A DNA stretch of 64,000 nucleotides, from assembly GCA_019358915.1 (NCBI GenBank), contig JAHHIM010000073.1:1-64000 (forward strand), given 5' to 3'. The notes beneath the pieces are model-generated. The model ran no database searches, was not told the DNA's origin, and worked only from the letters and a program-made list of their open reading frames with translations. The position numbers and the translations under genes were made by a program. Below are positions 1 through 9,309 of the stretch, one piece after another. The stretch is from Trichormus sp. ATA11-4-KO1 (GTDB lineage Bacteria; Cyanobacteriota; Cyanobacteriia; Cyanobacteriales; Nostocaceae). Numbering within the stretch: the stretch's first letter is position 1; every line of letters starts with the position of its first letter.

Positions 1-134
1 TTGGTATGAATTGCAAAGGAACTTATTCACTTTGGTTGTGCGTGATTACATTGTAGAAAATCTTACCAATACTTGTGCTGCTTAATACACATGAATGGAA
101 TTTTTTGTCAATGCGTAACTCCTAATTTAGTTAA

Positions 135-360
135 CTATATTGTTTTTAGCGGCAAAATAATTACAAATTCTGTACCTTGTTTTAATTCTGAGATTACTTC
201 TATTTTACCTTTGTGTTTATCGATTATCTGGTAACAAATACTTAAACCTAAGCCAGTACCTTTACCCACTGGCTTAGTTGTAAAAAAGGGATTAAACAAC
301 TTCTTCAATTTTTTCGGCAATTATCCAGCTTTTTTCTGGGTATTCTTGCTGATAAATATT
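135..360 (-). pseudogene. Sensor histidine kinase remnant (HATPase C-terminus fused out of frame to a HisKA-region fragment)
   Basis: 135..320 encodes LFNPFFTTKPVGKGTGLGLSICYQII (F/G2 boxes). Just upstream, another frame reads NIYQQEYPEKSWIIAEKIEEV*, typical of the helix after the H-box in Nostocales kinases. Confidence 0.75.
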
Positions 361-588
361 ATTTTTGATCAGAAATTTTGGTTCTATAGTTAAATAAATA
401 TCTAAGTTAAGAAAAGATTATTAAGTAATAACTTAAATTTGATGTTTTAAAAAAACTCAGTACATCTATATGACTTCTTTGCTGTTTCCTTTCGGGTGGT
501 ACGCTTTAAATCTCCAGATTGAAGCGATCGCACCAGAATCTGAGCAGCATTCTGAAGTATCTTGATTTTGAGGCATTAGTCAAAAATC

Positions 589-1362
589 ATGTGTCAACTG
601 CTGGGAATGAATTGTAATGTGCCAACGGATATTTGCTTTTCTTTTGAGGGGTTTTGTGCTAGGGGAGGACAAACCGATCATCATCGCGATGGTTGGGGTA
701 TAGCTTTTTTTGAAGGAAAGGGATGTCGGATTTTTTTAGATGCCAAACCCTCTATTGATTCTCCCATCGCAGATTTGGTGCGATGCTATCCCATCCACTC
801 TACCCATGTAATTGCTCATATCCGCAAAGCTACTCAAGGTGAAATTGCCCTACACAACTGTCATCCTTTCCAAAGGGAATTGTGGGGAAGGTATTGGGTG
901 TTTGCCCATAACGGCAACTTACCAGATTTTCAGCCTCAAAATATGGGGTTTTTTCAACCCGTAGGTAATACCGACAGCGAAAAAGCATTCTGCATGATTT
1001 TAGAAACCTTGCGAGAAAGCTTTCCTGATGGCCAGCCTCCCCTGAATGAACTGTATTTTACTTTAAGCAAAATTACACAAGAAATAAATTTAAAAGGTAT
1101 TTTTAATTACTTATTATCAAATGGGGAACATTTTTTTGCCTACTGTTCCACCACACTCAGCTATATTGTACGTCAAGCACCTTTTGCCGCCGCCCACTTG
1201 ATTGACCAAGACATGACCGTAGATTTTCGGGAGTTGACTTCGCCAAGCGATCGCGTCGCTGTTATTGCCACTACTCCCCTTACCGACAACGAAGTTTGGA
1301 CACAAATCCCACCGGGAGAACTGCTAGTATTTCAAGATGGGTTGCCCCGGAAATTTAGGTAA
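589..1362 (+). CDS. Class II glutamine amidotransferase (YafJ-like)
   Basis: N-terminal M-C nucleophile; DGWGI, HIRKAT, NCHPF, FAHNG and GNTDSE motifs. Confidence 0.9.
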   Translation: MCQLLGMNCNVPTDICFSFEGFCARGGQTDHHRDGWGIAFFEGKGCRIFLDAKPSIDSPIADLVRCYPIHSTHVIAHIRKATQGEIALHNCHPFQRELWGRYWVFAHNGNLPDFQPQNMGFFQPVGNTDSEKAFCMILETLRESFPDGQPPLNELYFTLSKITQEINLKGIFNYLLSNGEHFFAYCSTTLSYIVRQAPFAAAHLIDQDMTVDFRELTSPSDRVAVIATTPLTDNEVWTQIPPGELLVFQDGLPRKFR

Positions 1363-1431
1363 AAGCATTTTTACAGCAGTTTGTCAGTACCTACACTCAA
1401 TTACCTCCTGTAATTTCCCATAGAACTGATA

Positions 1432-1467
1432 TAATCACCATATTTTCTATCGAGAATGTGGTGATTA
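1432..1467. promoter_or_regulatory. Inverted repeat upstream of sbpA (terminator or operator)
   Basis: TAATCACCATATTTTC-TATC-GAGAATGTGGTGATTA; 16-bp stem with two G-T pairs. Confidence 0.45.
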
Positions 1468-1560
1468 GCTATTGCAATTTCTACTGCATATCTGCGAATC
1501 TATAAAGTATAAACCCGATATCCCAATCAATTAACTGTAGATTTATGAGGAGTACATAGA

Positions 1561-2652
1561 ATGAGTTTGTGGCAGCGTCCCCTGAAACAATGGCAAATCA
1601 TAGCTGAAAACAAGCGTAATCCGTTCAGGTTAAATTCGCTCAAAAGCTTGGTATCACTTTTTTTACTAGGAACAGTATTGAGTGTGGCGATCGCTGCTTG
1701 CTCAGGTGGAAGTAATAATGTTGAAGTAACTCTTGTTTCCTTTGCCGTAACCAGAGGCGCACACGAAGCCATTATTCCCAAGTTTAAAGAACAGTGGAAG
1801 CAAGAACATAACCAAAATGTTGTTTTCCGACACAGCTATGGTGGTTCTGGTTCTCAAACTCGTGCCGTTATTGATGGATTAGGGGCAGATATTGTCCACT
1901 TAGCGCTGGCTGGAGACACCGAAAGAATTGAAAAAGCTGGACTAATTCAGCCAGGATGGGAAAAAGAATTTCCTCACAATAGCATTGTTTCTCAATCAGT
2001 GGCAGCAATTATTACTCGCCCAGGTAACCCCAAAGGCATCAAGACATGGGAAGATTTGGTAAAAGGCGATATCAGAATGATTACTGCTGACCCCAAAACA
2101 TCAGGTATTGCCCGATGGAATTTCTTAGCGCTGTGGAATGCTGTCATTAAAACTGGTGGAGATGAGGCTAAAGCTACTGAATTTGTGACTAATATTTATA
2201 AAAATGTGCCTATTTTAACTAAAGATGCACGGGAAGCCACTGATGTATTTGCCAGGCAAGGTCAAGGAGATGCCTTAATCAACTACGAAAATGAAGTCTT
2301 CCTGGCACAACAAAATGGTGAGAATATTGACTATGTTATCCCCGACGTAAATATATCCATCGATCATCCCATCGCCATAGTAGACAAGAACGTTGATAGA
2401 CATGGTAACCGTGAAGTGGCAGAAGCTTTCGTCAACTTTTTATTTACTCCAGAAGCACAAGAAGAGTTTGTCAAATTGGGATTTCGACCTGCAAATGAAA
2501 CATTAGCCCAAAATAAAGCAACTACAGACAAATTTCCCCAGGTAAAAACTTTAGGTACAGTTGAAGATTTTGGCGGTTGGGAAGCAATTGATCAGAAGTT
2601 TTTCGCAGATGGCGCTATTTTCGACCAAATTCAAACCCAAAGGAGACGGTGA
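1561..2652 (+). CDS. sbpA: Sulfate ABC transporter substrate-binding protein
   Basis: SYGGSGSQTRAVIDGL, DPKTSG and NYENE motifs; lipobox AAC; followed by cysT and cysW. Confidence 0.92.
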   Translation: MSLWQRPLKQWQIIAENKRNPFRLNSLKSLVSLFLLGTVLSVAIAACSGGSNNVEVTLVSFAVTRGAHEAIIPKFKEQWKQEHNQNVVFRHSYGGSGSQTRAVIDGLGADIVHLALAGDTERIEKAGLIQPGWEKEFPHNSIVSQSVAAIITRPGNPKGIKTWEDLVKGDIRMITADPKTSGIARWNFLALWNAVIKTGGDEAKATEFVTNIYKNVPILTKDAREATDVFARQGQGDALINYENEVFLAQQNGENIDYVIPDVNISIDHPIAIVDKNVDRHGNREVAEAFVNFLFTPEAQEEFVKLGFRPANETLAQNKATTDKFPQVKTLGTVEDFGGWEAIDQKFFADGAIFDQIQTQRRR

Positions 2653-2653
2653 T

Positions 2654-2730
2654 AGTCATTAGTCATTAGCCCTTCTCTACGAGACGCTACCGCGAACGGC
2701 CACGCTCAGGGTAAATCATTGGTCATTAGT
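2654..2730. repeat. STRR (GTCATTA-type) tract interrupted by a small dispersed repeat
   Basis: agtcattagtcattag...tcattggtcattag flanks cccttctctacgagacgctaccgcgaacggccacgctcaggg. Confidence 0.65.
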
Positions 2731-2766
2731 TAAATATTTTCAACTTCAAGAATTACAAATTACTTT

Positions 2767-3651
2767 ATGGCTTTATCCTCTCCTCCGTCCACTTCTGATC
2801 AATTCATTACTCCGAAAATTCCTCTTTGGCAGAGAATCTTACGTCAGTTATCCCAAATTCCTTGGACATGGCGGATTACGGTCGCATACCTAACCGTGAT
2901 GTTATTTCTTCCCGTAACGGCAATGTTTCTTAAAGCCAGTAGCGAACCTCTAGATAGGATTTGGGAAATTGCTACCAGCCCGATCGCGCTGGTGACATAT
3001 AATGTCACTTTCGTGACATCATTAATTGCAGCACTGTTAAATGGAGTCTTTGGGACGATAATTGCCTGGGTTTTAGTGCGCTACCAATTTCCACTAAAAA
3101 GAGTGATTGAGGCTTCAGTGGATCTACCCTTCGCTTTGCCATCAGCAGTTGCCGGGTTAACCCTGGCCACAGTGTACAGCAATAATGGCTGGATTGGCTC
3201 TTGGCTAGAACCTTTGGGAATTAAGGTAGCTTTCACTCGTTTGGGAGTGGGTGTAGCCATGACCTATATCTCACTGCCTTTTGTCGTGCGGACAGTGCAA
3301 CCTGTACTTCAGGAAATGGAACACGAAATCGAAGAAGCCGCCTGGTGTTTGGGTGCTTCTCAATGGCAAACCTTTTGGAAAGTGATTTTTCCACCTTTAC
3401 TGCCAACAATTTTAACTGGTGTGGCCTTGGGTTTCTCTCGTGCCGTGGGCGAGTATGGCTCGACAGTCATTATCGCTTCCAATACTCCCTTCAAAGATTT
3501 AATCGCACCTGTACTGATTTTTCAACGCTTAGAACAGTATGACTATACTGGTGCAACTATACTCGGCGCGGTGCTACTGCTAATTTCGTTGGTGTTACTG
3601 GTAGGAATTAATCTCTTACAAGCTTGGGCAAGAAGATATGACTCAAAATAA
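2767..3651 (+). CDS. cysT: Sulfate ABC transporter permease CysT
   Basis: [23 protein letters not shown] (EAA loop) and RAVGEYGS motifs. Confidence 0.92.
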   Translation: MALSSPPSTSDQFITPKIPLWQRILRQLSQIPWTWRITVAYLTVMLFLPVTAMFLKASSEPLDRIWEIATSPIALVTYNVTFVTSLIAALLNGVFGTIIAWVLVRYQFPLKRVIEASVDLPFALPSAVAGLTLATVYSNNGWIGSWLEPLGIKVAFTRLGVGVAMTYISLPFVVRTVQPVLQEMEHEIEEAAWCLGASQWQTFWKVIFPPLLPTILTGVALGFSRAVGEYGSTVIIASNTPFKDLIAPVLIFQRLEQYDYTGATILGAVLLLISLVLLVGINLLQAWARRYDSK

Positions 3652-4489
3652 TACCCCTTTTTCACAAAAGCCAACTAAACAGAAAAATTGGGTGCCAGTA
3701 ATTTTGATTGGCATCACCATCGCTTACTTAGGAATAATTCTCTACATCCCAGCGATCAACGTCTTTTACCAAGCTTTCAAAAAGGGATTTGGGCCATTTT
3801 TATCTAACCTCACGCACCCTGAATTTATCCATGCAGCCTGGCTGACATTCTTGCTAGCTTTGATTACTGTACCTTTAAATACAGTATTTGGACTTTGTGC
3901 CGCATGGGCGATCGCACGGCATAAATTTCCCGGTCGCGCTTTAGTTTTAAGTATTATTGACCTGCCCTTTTCTATTTCGCCTGTGGTGGCAGGTTTGATG
4001 ATTGTACTACTCTACGGACGGCAAGGATGGTTTGGCCCTTGGCTCCAAGCTAATAATATCAATGTGATCTTTGCCCTTCCCGGTATGGTCATAGCTACAG
4101 CATTCGTCACTATGCCCTTTGTGGCGCGGGAAGTAATTCCTGTCTTAGAAGAAGCCGGGAAAGATCAAGAAGAAGCAGGTAAAACCTTGGGTGCAAACGA
4201 ATGGCAGATATTTTGGCGCGTTACTCTGCCAAGTATTCGCTGGGGTCTACTTTATGGCGTAATTTTGACTAATGCCCGCTCAATGGGTGAATTTGGGGCA
4301 GTTTCGGTAGTATCTGGCAATATTGGTGGTAAAACTCAAAGCTTACCTTTATTTGTAGAGGACGCTTACAAACAGTATCAAACTGAAGCCGCATACTCGG
4401 CGGCTGTCCTGTTGGCACTACTAGCAGTAGTGACTCTGGTACTGAAGGAAATTTTGGAACGGAAAACCCGCATTAAAGATGTGGAGTGA
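3638..4489 (+). CDS. cysW: Sulfate ABC transporter permease CysW
   Basis: [13 protein letters not shown] and [16 protein letters not shown] motifs; overlaps the cysT stop. Confidence 0.92.
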   Translation: MTQNNTPFSQKPTKQKNWVPVILIGITIAYLGIILYIPAINVFYQAFKKGFGPFLSNLTHPEFIHAAWLTFLLALITVPLNTVFGLCAAWAIARHKFPGRALVLSIIDLPFSISPVVAGLMIVLLYGRQGWFGPWLQANNINVIFALPGMVIATAFVTMPFVAREVIPVLEEAGKDQEEAGKTLGANEWQIFWRVTLPSIRWGLLYGVILTNARSMGEFGAVSVVSGNIGGKTQSLPLFVEDAYKQYQTEAAYSAAVLLALLAVVTLVLKEILERKTRIKDVE

Positions 4490-4562
4490 AGTACCACTAT
4501 TAAACAAGCCGACGGCACGACCAGCAGTCGGCATGAAAAATTTATAATGCTTCAGTGGCAAT

Positions 4563-5420
4563 TTATTTTTGAGTTGCACTATGGGGAGGAGTAGACACTA
4601 CTTTTTTGGCTAAACCCAGAGTCTGCAACAACTGAATACTCCACCAAGTAATGTCGATCTCCCACCAAGACAATCCAGATTTTGCCATATGGGGATAAGT
4701 GTGATGGTTGTTATGCCATCCTTCTCCATAGGTGACTATAGATACCCACCAAAGATTACGTGCGCCATCATTGGCATCAAAGGTACGATAACCCCACAGG
4801 TGCGATGCAGAGTTGACAAACCAAGTGGAGTGCCACAGCAAAACTGACCTGACAAATATTCCGTAGATGACAAAAGACCAACCCCCCAAAACATACAGCA
4901 GCAATCCCAAGGGAATTTGCATGAGTAGGAAGTAGCGATCTAGCCAGCGATAGAAAGGTTGTCGTGCTAGGTCGGGCGCATATTTTTGATAAACTTCATA
5001 ATCAAAAAACTCAGGACGTGGGTAGAAAATCCACAACATATGGCTCCACCAAAATCCTCGTTGGGCAGAGTAGGGATCTAAGTTGATATCTTCCGTGTGG
5101 GCGTGATGTTGGCGGTGTCCACCAATCCAGAAAATCGGCCCTCCTTGTAAAGCCAATGCTCCAATCGTGGCGATCGCATATTCTAACCACTTAGGTACTT
5201 GAAAACTTTTATGGCTCAGCAGACGATGATATCCTAGACAAATACCGATACTCCCAAACAACCAGTGGAGAAACAGCAGCAAACCCAGTGCTGACCAAGA
5301 GAAAAACCAAGGAGCCAGAAGAGCTAAGGCATGAAATGCAGCAAAAAATGCCACGTTCACCCACCTAAGACGAGGTGAATTTCCTCTCTCAGGGGCAAAC
5401 GCCAGAAACTTCGCGGTCAT
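4563..5420 (-). CDS. desC: Delta-9 acyl-lipid/acyl-CoA desaturase (DesC-like)
   Basis: Three His boxes HRLLSH, HRQHH and HNNHH; GEGWHNNHH motif. Confidence 0.85.
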   Translation of the reverse strand: MTAKFLAFAPERGNSPRLRWVNVAFFAAFHALALLAPWFFSWSALGLLLFLHWLFGSIGICLGYHRLLSHKSFQVPKWLEYAIATIGALALQGGPIFWIGGHRQHHAHTEDINLDPYSAQRGFWWSHMLWIFYPRPEFFDYEVYQKYAPDLARQPFYRWLDRYFLLMQIPLGLLLYVLGGWSFVIYGIFVRSVLLWHSTWFVNSASHLWGYRTFDANDGARNLWWVSIVTYGEGWHNNHHTYPHMAKSGLSWWEIDITWWSIQLLQTLGLAKKVVSTPPHSATQK

Positions 5421-5520
5421 ACAAATTCCTGTTGATGGATCATGAAGCGATTTGCTTTTTTTTGGTGCAACCCTAGCAGGATTTCACCTGCTCTGCACAG
5501 CAGTTCGTTACAGTAAAAAA

Positions 5521-5586
5521 TAGCAAGTTTCACTTACATTTGTTATGCTAGCAGACCTGTAACTTTGATGCAAGTGGCACTTGCAT
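5521..5586. promoter_or_regulatory. Two candidate TetR operators between the desaturase and tetR
   Basis: Perfect 9-1-9 palindrome ATGCAAGTG-G-CACTTGCAT at 5568-5586; degenerate copy TAGCAAGTTTCACTTACAT at 5521-5539 (14/19). Confidence 0.65.
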
Positions 5587-5594
5587 TATTCCCT

Positions 5595-6812
5595 ATGTCA
5601 TCTCAACCTATTTCAGCTCGTCAACGTCTGATTCAATCAGCACTGGAATTATTTACTGCTCAGGGAGTCAGCGCCACCACAACTCGCCAAATTGCTGAAA
5701 AAGCAGAAGTTAATGAAGTTACTTTATTCCGGCATTTTGGTAACAAGCATGGGCTATTATTGTCTGTGCTGGAAGAATCCGCCGCCTTCAAAAATTTAGG
5801 TGAGTCCCTAGTGCAAAGGGCAACTCCTCCTGGTGATGTGTACCAGGCACTGAAAGATTATGCAAGTGATACATTGCATGCATTAGAACGGATACCCGAA
5901 TTAGTGCGGTCTGTAGTGGGTGAAGCCGACCAGTACCCAACAGAAAATCGCCGCGCTTTAGGACGTGGATTAACAGAAGCTAACCGCTACGTGGCGGAAT
6001 ATTTAGCCACTGTCATCCAACAGGGAGACTTAAATACTTATCTCCCCGCAGAAAAATTAGCCAGTTTACTCAATGGCATGATCCTGGGATATGCCGTAAT
6101 TGAATTCACCAGTGAATTTCATGAACTGTGGGAAGATCGGGATGATTTTCTGGTGAATTTAGTAGAGTTATTTTTACATGGAGCTATGCCACCTTCAGGA
6201 AAATCAGCAACAGGAAGGGAAATTGTGAGGGAAGTGGCTGATTTACCTGCTGGTTTAGTCCACCAAATTTTGCAACAAGCCAGGAAGTTAGGAACACAAG
6301 ATTATGCCTTGGCTTATGTATTATTTGGTGCTGGCTTGTCTCCAAAAGAAATTGTCAGTTTACAGCGAAACCATCAAATATGCGATACTTCCGGGCACTT
6401 TCTCCAGATTACGACTCCAGGGAACCGTCGCCAAGTGCCAATTAATCAGTGGATTCTGGGCAAACGCTATGGTTCCTACAGCAATAATCCCTTAATAAAA
6501 TGGTTAAAAAATCGTAAAGATAGTCAACCCTCGATGTTTCTCAACGAAGTTGGTCAACCAATTTCCGAATCTGATCTGTTGAAATATTGGGAAAAATGGA
6601 CTGAGGGACTGTTAACGCCTCAAGGACAACAGCCAGCGATCGCTCAAGCACAACATACTTGGTGTGTGGAAATGTTGATGCGAGGCATGAGCTGGGAAAA
6701 CCTGAGTCTGCTGACAGGTTGCGATCGCACCCTATTACAATCCTATGCTAAGAGAGCCAAAGAAAAAGCAGCCCTAGAGCAAGCAACCCGTTTAGATCAC
6801 AAGCCTGCGTAG
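5595..6812 (+). CDS. TetR-family regulator with a C-terminal degenerate tyrosine-recombinase-like domain
   Basis: N-terminal TetR HTH (TTRQIAEKAEVNEVTLFRHFGNKHGLL). The C-terminal ~190 aa follow the integrase catalytic-domain pattern. Likely start is ATG 5595, since the ORF-track start 5565 overlaps the operator. Confidence 0.85.
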   Translation: MSSQPISARQRLIQSALELFTAQGVSATTTRQIAEKAEVNEVTLFRHFGNKHGLLLSVLEESAAFKNLGESLVQRATPPGDVYQALKDYASDTLHALERIPELVRSVVGEADQYPTENRRALGRGLTEANRYVAEYLATVIQQGDLNTYLPAEKLASLLNGMILGYAVIEFTSEFHELWEDRDDFLVNLVELFLHGAMPPSGKSATGREIVREVADLPAGLVHQILQQARKLGTQDYALAYVLFGAGLSPKEIVSLQRNHQICDTSGHFLQITTPGNRRQVPINQWILGKRYGSYSNNPLIKWLKNRKDSQPSMFLNEVGQPISESDLLKYWEKWTEGLLTPQGQQPAIAQAQHTWCVEMLMRGMSWENLSLLTGCDRTLLQSYAKRAKEKAALEQATRLDHKPA

Positions 6813-6932
6813 CATTGACTTATTTGCCTCACGCAGAGGCGCTCCAGGCGCAGAGAGAAAGTGTGAAATTAGCTCTTTTGCCAGCAGTCTAATGACATTC
6901 TGTCATCAATATTAAATATGGAACTCGTAATG

Positions 6933-7006
6933 AATACTTGGCGATCGTTAATCAGAAAAAAGAGTTAGCTATCAACAAATAAAAAATACTTGGCGATTAT
7001 TAATCA
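6933..7006. repeat. 22-bp direct repeat, two copies, 52-bp period
   Basis: AATACTTGGCGATCGTTAATCA (6933-6954) and AATACTTGGCGATTATTAATCA (6985-7006). Confidence 0.7.
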
Positions 7007-7070
7007 TACTAATTATCTATGAAAATGCTACTTAATTTTCAGAAACGAACCACCTTTAAGCAAGCTAAAC

Positions 7071-7265
7071 CTAGTAGCGGGTTGGGGTTCTCAGATTATG
7101 AGCAATACTGGACTTAACGATCGCAGGGACAATTTTTTCACTAAACCGGCCCCGCATCGTTTGCCGTTTTTGTAGTAAATGCGTTACCAATGTTAAAGCG
7201 TGAGGCCCAGCACCAATAATAGCTAAGTCAATTTTAGTGGGTAGCTGTGATGGATTAGGATCCAT
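7071..7265 (-). pseudogene. FAD/NAD(P)-binding oxidoreductase remnant with a large internal deletion
   Basis: Rossmann start IDLAIIGAGPHAL is joined after ~41 aa to a C-terminal-like SEKIVPAIVK; only 64 aa in total. Confidence 0.7.
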
Positions 7266-7286
7266 TGTCAGGCAGGTGACATATAA

Positions 7287-7301
7287 CGATAATCGTTATC
7301 A
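7287..7301. promoter_or_regulatory. Fur/Zur-type 7-1-7 box
   Basis: CGATAATCGTTATCA has 2 mismatches to TGATAATNATTATCA; lies ~21 bp upstream of the 7265 ATG. Confidence 0.55.
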
Positions 7302-7671
7302 TTATATCCCGACATTTACTCTACTGCTATTTCTTACCAACTGACTGAAGCTTTCCTCTGTTCTCCTGAAAACAAGGGTATTTACTAAGTATTTTTTCCT
7401 ACTTTATGTATGGTTTTGAACGCAACAATCACCCAAAAAACATAAAAAATCCTGAAATCTATATAAATTAATGGTTTCATCTATCCACTTCAGGCTACAA
7501 CACCTTAGAATGATTCATTGAAAAGTCGAGCCGATAGGATGTACAGCCATTTTGAGTATAAATACTCATAAAGCCCGACTTTTGTGATTCTCTAAACAGA
7601 GATTTAAGTAAAGATGCGACAAGGTGCATCAGTAGAGAATCTAATTTCAAGTAAACCTCAAGGAGTTTGAC

Positions 7672-7965
7672 ATGAACAAAGGCGAATTAGTTGATGCCGT
7701 AGCTGAAAAGGCTAGTGTTACCAAAAAACAAGCAGATGCCGTCTTAACTGCCGCTTTGGAAACGATTATTGAAGCAGTATCTTCTGGCGATAAAGTCACG
7801 CTGGTAGGATTTGGCTCTTTTGAATCACGGGAACGTAAAGCTCGTGAAGGTCGTAACCCCAAAACTAATGAAAAGATGGAAATTCCAGCGACCAGAGTTC
7901 CTGCTTTCTCTGCTGGTAAGCTCTTCAGAGAAAAGGTAGCACCCCCAAAAGAACCAAAAGAATAG
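7672..7965 (+). CDS. hup: DNA-binding protein HU
   Basis: MNKGELVDAVA...LVGFGSFESRERKAREGRNPKT; AGGAG RBS; upstream palindrome TGAGTAT-AA-ATACTCA (7553-7568). Confidence 0.95.
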   Translation: MNKGELVDAVAEKASVTKKQADAVLTAALETIIEAVSSGDKVTLVGFGSFESRERKAREGRNPKTNEKMEIPATRVPAFSAGKLFREKVAPPKEPKE

Positions 7966-7991
7966 GTTCTACCCGAGGAAAACTTTTTTTA

Positions 7992-9146
7992 ATGCGGCAA
8001 CCAGCTCACGGGGGAAATTTAGCCTGGGCAGCAGCACTGGCTGGCTGTCCCCCTGAGGCTATTCTGGATTTTTCTGCCAGCATCAGTCCATTGGGTCCAC
8101 CAAATAGTGCGATCGCGGCTATTCAGTTGCAAATTGGTAATCTTAGACACTATCCAGATCCAGATTACAGTGAACTGAGACTTGCTCTCAGTCACTTCCA
8201 TCAATTGCCTTCTGAGTGGATTCTGCCGGGTAACGGTTCAGCAGAATTACTTACTTTAGCAGGTAGGGAATTAGCAGAATTATCCGCAACAACGTTAATT
8301 ACTCCAGCCTTTGGCGACTACTACCGAACCCTAGTGGCATACAACGCTAAAGTTCTGGAGTTTCCCCTTTCTTTGGGGAGTGGGGATGAGGGGACAAGAG
8401 GACAAGGGGACAAGAGGACAAGGGGACAAGAGCGCAAAACTTTCTCCCCATCTCCCCATCCCCCCATCTCCCTATCCCCCCATCTCCCCATCCCCCCAGC
8501 CAAAAATCACGGGTTATTGCTAAATAATCCCCACAACCCGACGGGTAGGTTATTTTCACGAGAGGCAATTTTACCCTACTTGCAGCAATACGCCCTGGTA
8601 GTGGTGGATGAAGCGTTTATGGATTTTGTGCCTCCTGATGGGGAACAAAGCCTCATTGAGGTGGTAGAGGAATATCCAAATTTAGTAGTATTGCGATCGC
8701 TGACGAAATTTTACAGTCTTCCGGGACTGAGATTAGGATATGCGATCGCTCACCCTGACCGTCTTGCTAAATGGCAGTTGTGGCGTGACCCTTGGCCTGT
8801 AAACACCTTGGCGGCGGCGGCGGCGGTTGCGGCACTCCAAGACCAGCAGTTTCAAGAACTTACCTGGAAATGGCTACCACCTGCACGAAACCAACTCTTT
8901 CAGGGTTTAGCGGCAATTCCAGGTTTGCAGCCTCTAGAAGGCGCTGCTAACTTCTTACTTGTGGAATCACAACAGTCGAGTTCGCAGTTGCAACGACAAT
9001 TACTCCAGCATCACCAAATTTTAATTCGTGATTGCCTAAGTTTTCCAGAACTAGGCGATCGCTTTTTCCGGGTTGCTGTACTTTCTGAGTTTGATAACCA
9101 ACGCCTATTAACAGCGCTATATTCAGTGCTGAGTGCTGAGTGCTGA
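7992..9146 (+). CDS. cobD: Threonine-phosphate decarboxylase (cobalamin biosynthesis) with an in-frame repeat insertion
   Basis: [36 protein letters not shown] and [15 protein letters not shown] (PLP Lys) motifs. Confidence 0.9.
   Translation: MRQPAHGGNLAWAAALAGCPPEAILDFSASISPLGPPNSAIAAIQLQIGNLRHYPDPDYSELRLALSHFHQLPSEWILPGNGSAELLTLAGRELAELSATTLITPAFGDYYRTLVAYNAKVLEFPLSLGSGDEGTRGQGDKRTRGQERKTFSPSPHPPISLSPHLPIPPAKNHGLLLNNPHNPTGRLFSREAILPYLQQYALVVVDEAFMDFVPPDGEQSLIEVVEEYPNLVVLRSLTKFYSLPGLRLGYAIAHPDRLAKWQLWRDPWPVNTLAAAAAVAALQDQQFQELTWKWLPPARNQLFQGLAAIPGLQPLEGAANFLLVESQQSSSQLQRQLLQHHQILIRDCLSFPELGDRFFRVAVLSEFDNQRLLTALYSVLSAEC
8374..8497 (+). repeat. Bipartite (GGGGACAA)n / (CCCCATCT)n element inside cobD
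   Basis: Purine-rich 8-mer tract, CAAAACTTTCT spacer, then a pyrimidine-rich 8-mer tract; translated in frame. Confidence 0.85.
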
Positions 9147-9155
9147 GTGCTGAGT
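9125..9155 (+). repeat. STRR heptamer (AGTGCTG)n
   Basis: About 4 tandem copies; supplies the cobD stop codon. Confidence 0.9.
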
Positions 9156-9183
9156 AAAAAGCCAAAAATAGAAATATAGATCC

Positions 9184-9309
9184 ATGCCCAATGCCCAATG
9201 CCCAATGCCCAATGCCCAATGCCCAATGCCCAATGCCCAATGCCCAATGCCCAATGCCCAATGCCCAATGCCCAATGCCCAATGACCAATGCCCAATGAC
9301 TAATGACTA
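9184..9309 (+). repeat. STRR heptamer (ATGCCCA)n
   Basis: 14 perfect units followed by ATGACCA, ATGCCCA, ATGACTA, ATGACTA; the last unit carries the next start codon. Confidence 0.95.

Noticed and set aside
1561..4489. Absence of cysA from the sulfate transporter cluster
   Set aside because: cysA is commonly encoded elsewhere in cyanobacteria; not evidence of a defect.
5595..6812. TetR-recombinase fusion as the integrase of the attC array
   Set aside because: It lacks the catalytic Arg and HxxR, shows no recognisable IntI-specific insertion, lies 12 kb away and is linked to a desaturase.
6933..7006. Possible mini CRISPR array
   Set aside because: Only two short repeats, no typical repeat end or hairpin, and no cas genes; no CRISPR array was seen anywhere in the window.
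8947..9289. ORFs encoding (GIGHWAL)n
   Set aside because: Translations of the (ATGCCCA)n STRR tract on the minus strand; not credible genes.
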